64,000 nucleotides of DNA from Vairimorpha necatrix (Eukaryota): positions 124,001-188,000 of the forward strand of contig CP142733.1 of the NCBI GenBank assembly GCA_036630325.1. Reading direction: 5' to 3'. Position 1 is the stretch's first letter. Each line of letters starts with the position of its first letter. Of this stretch, positions 60,936 through 64,000 are shown in pieces. The translations under genes were made by a program, and so were the position numbers. Under the pieces are notes generated by a model. The model was not told the origin of the DNA. It saw nothing but the letters and a program-made list of their open reading frames with translations, and did not search any database.

Positions 60936-62569
60936 AAAAGATAATAACAGAATGTTACACGATTATTCAAAATATGAAGATTTTAATACTTAATTGTAGA
61001 AAGATCAACTACAATAGCTTGTCTTTTCTTATGATAACTTACAAAAGTTTAGTATAGACTTGGGAAATAATATTGACGACTAATATCTTCTAACAAAGAT
61101 GTGTAAAATCTTATAAATTGAGACACAAATATGTGTCATCTATCTTTAATTTGTTGTACTAGATAACACTTTGACAACTGTAAATAAAATAAGTGAAAAG
61201 GCCTTTTCTGGTTCTACTGAACATTAGTTTAATTATTTATAGAGACAAACTATTTGATAAAAAAAAGACATGAACTTCAAAATAGTATTTTGCATTGAAA
61301 TAAAATGATTTAAAATTGGGTAAATACAAGATCCTTATGAAACTAATTTATAGGTCATATTTTGTATCAAAAAAATAAATTAACACTTAGAATCGCATTC
61401 AAATTACGACATACATTAAAATAACAGACTTGAAGTAACATCACAAGTGAATTTTTCAAAATGTCCTAGACATGATAAGACGATTTGAGAAACGGACAAG
61501 ATAAAAAACATGACTAAGTATCGAAGTAAATTTTTTAATTCAAATTTTTGACCGTATCAAAAGGTAAAATTTAATTTGTTCGTTTAGAAAAAACAAATTC
61601 AAACAAACACGAATTATCAAACAAAAAATAAGAAAAATTTTTAAAAATTCGAAAATTTAAATATGTTTTTTTCAGTACTAGTAAAAATCATAGAATAAAT
61701 TTTACTCATAGTTTAAATCATTTATACACTTTTCTGTGTAAAATTTCAATATATTAATTTTTTGTGACATGAGATGATTTTATACGTCAAATTGGTTTAA
61801 AGCGCTGTATTAAATTATAAATAATATAGTAAGTATTAGATTACACTTATCATTATTTTTTAGTTGAAGAAATATTATCAACAATTAAATTTCATAATAA
61901 ATATTTAATTATCAATTTCACTTTTTATATAACATTATAAATAAAATGTTTCAGATTATTCTTGATGAAAGTACGAATATTAATCATAAGTAATGATTTA
62001 AAAAACTTGCATTTTCAATTGAGAAAAATTAAAATGAAATGTTGTGTACTAAAATTGTTTAATATGATCAATTACAAGAAGTTATCAAGATACATGAGCT
62101 AGATAGTTGCATGTTAAAACATCTGATCAGGTTTATTTTATTTTTTAAAAAATATATTTTATTCAGTATTTTTTGTATTAATAATTACAATGTTTAAAAA
62201 TCTATAAAACAAAATGAAGAAAACAGTATTATCAATAATCATCAAGCCTAGTATCATCAAAACTCATACAATAAATATAGACTTGAGTATAAACATTCTT
62301 ATCAAGATTAAATATGTTATAAAAATATACAGATGCTTAAACATAACGATTAAAAAAGACCACAAGAAAAAAATATTGTAAACAAAAAAAAATATTTTAT
62401 GAAATGTTTATAATGTGATTATATATCGATTTATATACTTCTTTTGTATCATTTCTTTTTTTCCCTCCAAAAAACACCCTTTTAGAAAACAAATTAAAAA
62501 AGTTTATTGGTAAAAAAACAAAATAAAACAAAAAAATGCATATATTTAAAAAAATCAACATTACCCCCA

Positions 62570-63244
62570 ATGTTGCAATCAAGCTATGTGTTTTCTGATG
62601 TTTTAAACTTCTGGAGAAACAAAGAAGCACTACAGTGTAACAAGACGAATTATATTATCGACAATTATTCAGATGACGTGAGGGCGTCGTCTGATGATAA
62701 AATTGTCGATTTGCCTACAGAAAAGGTTGTATTCAGCCATTCTTCAGTTGACGTGGGGGCGTCGACTGAAGAAGAAAGTGTTGAAGAGAATCAAGAAGAC
62801 TTGGTGGAAAATGTAGATATGAAGAATGATGAGGCGAAGGAGAATAGTGAAAGCATGGAAGATTTGGCCGAGGAGGGCCATATAGAAGAAGAGGGGAAAA
62901 TGGGGGAGGACCCTATAAGTTTAGGAGAAGGATCAGAGGGGTTTGAGGGGAGTGATGGCATTTTTATGCCAAAAATCTTCTTCAAAGAGAGAGATGTCGA
63001 GGGGAACGAGAAAATAATTAAAAGCGAAGAACTTACAGAAGAAGATCTGAAGAGAATAGGCGATCAAATTTCCGATCTCTATTCTCTCCATCTTCTGGAA
63101 GTGGGTTTTAAAAGGATGAGGGAGGCGGAAGAGAACTATAATAAGTCATGGAGAGGGAGAATATATAATGCAATAGGAAGACATTTCTGTTGTTTTGTGG
63201 AGAATGACGAAGATTCCGAAGACATGGAGGACGAGTTCGATTAA
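62570..63244 (+). CDS. Acidic hypothetical protein
   Basis: CCCCC-preceded ATG at 62570; Glu-rich; FCCF near the C-terminus. Confidence 0.75.
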   Translation: MLQSSYVFSDVLNFWRNKEALQCNKTNYIIDNYSDDVRASSDDKIVDLPTEKVVFSHSSVDVGASTEEESVEENQEDLVENVDMKNDEAKENSESMEDLAEEGHIEEEGKMGEDPISLGEGSEGFEGSDGIFMPKIFFKERDVEGNEKIIKSEELTEEDLKRIGDQISDLYSLHLLEVGFKRMREAEENYNKSWRGRIYNAIGRHFCCFVENDEDSEDMEDEFD

Positions 63245-63414
63245 AAAAATTAATATTTAAACTTCTTTTCTTTGTTTTTATTTTTATTATCTGCATAATT
63301 ATTTTTTTTTATAATGTCAAAAACGAGAATTCTTTTATATAATTTTATTACAACATGCTTTTTAACGCAATGCCTCCCTGTTTTATATATTTGTTACAAA
63401 ATAAAATATTAATT

Positions 63415-63717
63415 GTGATCTAATAGCAGCCACACATAGCGTCCAATAAATAGCAAACGAAAGATGTCAGGCGACAGATCTCCATTGGTACTAAGATTAC
63501 CCTGGAGATCTGAGAACACCATTCTGTGAGCATTCTCCCTCTTCCCAAATATAATTTTTGGAGGGGAAATCGGGATATTTCCCTCCTAAAATTATAAAGA
63601 AAACCATGCCCAGAAGGGTATGAAGAATAACAAAAATAATAGTTTAAAACATTCTTCTCGGGCTGATGGGAAACCATCAGTCAACAAAAGACATTCAGAA
63701 ATTCCTGTATAGATCAT
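63415..63717 (+). ncRNA. Candidate structured ncRNA (~300 nt), family unassigned
   Basis: Ends pair (gtgatcta/tagatcat); several hairpins, with G-U pairs favouring the + strand and a GAAA tetraloop. Confidence 0.35.
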
Positions 63718-63890
63718 TTCTATACTTCTATAATAAACACTCATTAGACAAATTTTTACAGCATACAAAGGATTTTGGGAATATCCCTAATGATTTTAAA
63801 CGCTAGAGAACTAAAAATGAACTGTAGATTTTATAAGAAATGTCCCATATACAGAAAGTTAAAAATTACAATCACTTTATCCAAAGAAAA

Positions 63891-63985
63891 TCCCGCTTTG
63901 AAAAAATCAAGAAAAGGGAAAAATTTAAAAAATTATAAAAAAAGAGACTTGACGATTTATTTTGAATCCAGAAAGAAGTCGATTA
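63891..63985. mobile_element. Second copy of the subterminal region of the 5928-6578 element
   Basis: cccgctttgaaaaaa...aaaagggaaaaat...gacttga.gatttatttt matches ~5946-6030; outer TIR absent. Confidence 0.65.
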
Positions 63986-64000
63986 ATCCTTTGATTTTTT

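Noticed and set aside
63707-63725. U3 snoRNA box A (gatcatttctata)
   Set aside because: No B, C or D boxes follow; the match lies in a local palindrome.

Overview
This is a very AT-rich eukaryotic window. It is almost certainly microsporidian (Nosema/Vairimorpha-like, an inference), because genes are compact, no introns are visible and a CCC motif sits just before most start codons. Two gene-dense blocks (~13.0-29.3 kb and ~52.3-63.2 kb) carry muskelin, a PH-domain protein, Tup1-like, Mis18-like, a tandem Trm4/NSUN2 pair, Cse1, INTS9-like, Mre11, glyoxalase II, a degenerate adenylate-cyclase-like protein, Sho1-like and RPL11. Two repeat-rich blocks (~0.4-12.7 kb and ~29.4-52 kb) carry a full-length but frameshifted Ty3/gypsy element, several Merlin/IS1016-type DNA transposons, a non-LTR remnant and lineage-specific secreted-protein genes that are often broken at simple repeats. 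Highlights: (1) a ~770 bp non-coding element with a tRNA-like head, a structured body and an A-tail, in six copies, plus a 27-nt core motif that also occurs alone near genes; (2) a ~300 nt hairpin-rich candidate ncRNA at 63.4-63.7 kb; (3) Merlin-type elements with 5-bp target duplications next to one with a canonical 8-bp duplication; (4) an LTR that encodes the Gag N-terminus. All protein calls rest on motifs recognised by eye; no searches were run.
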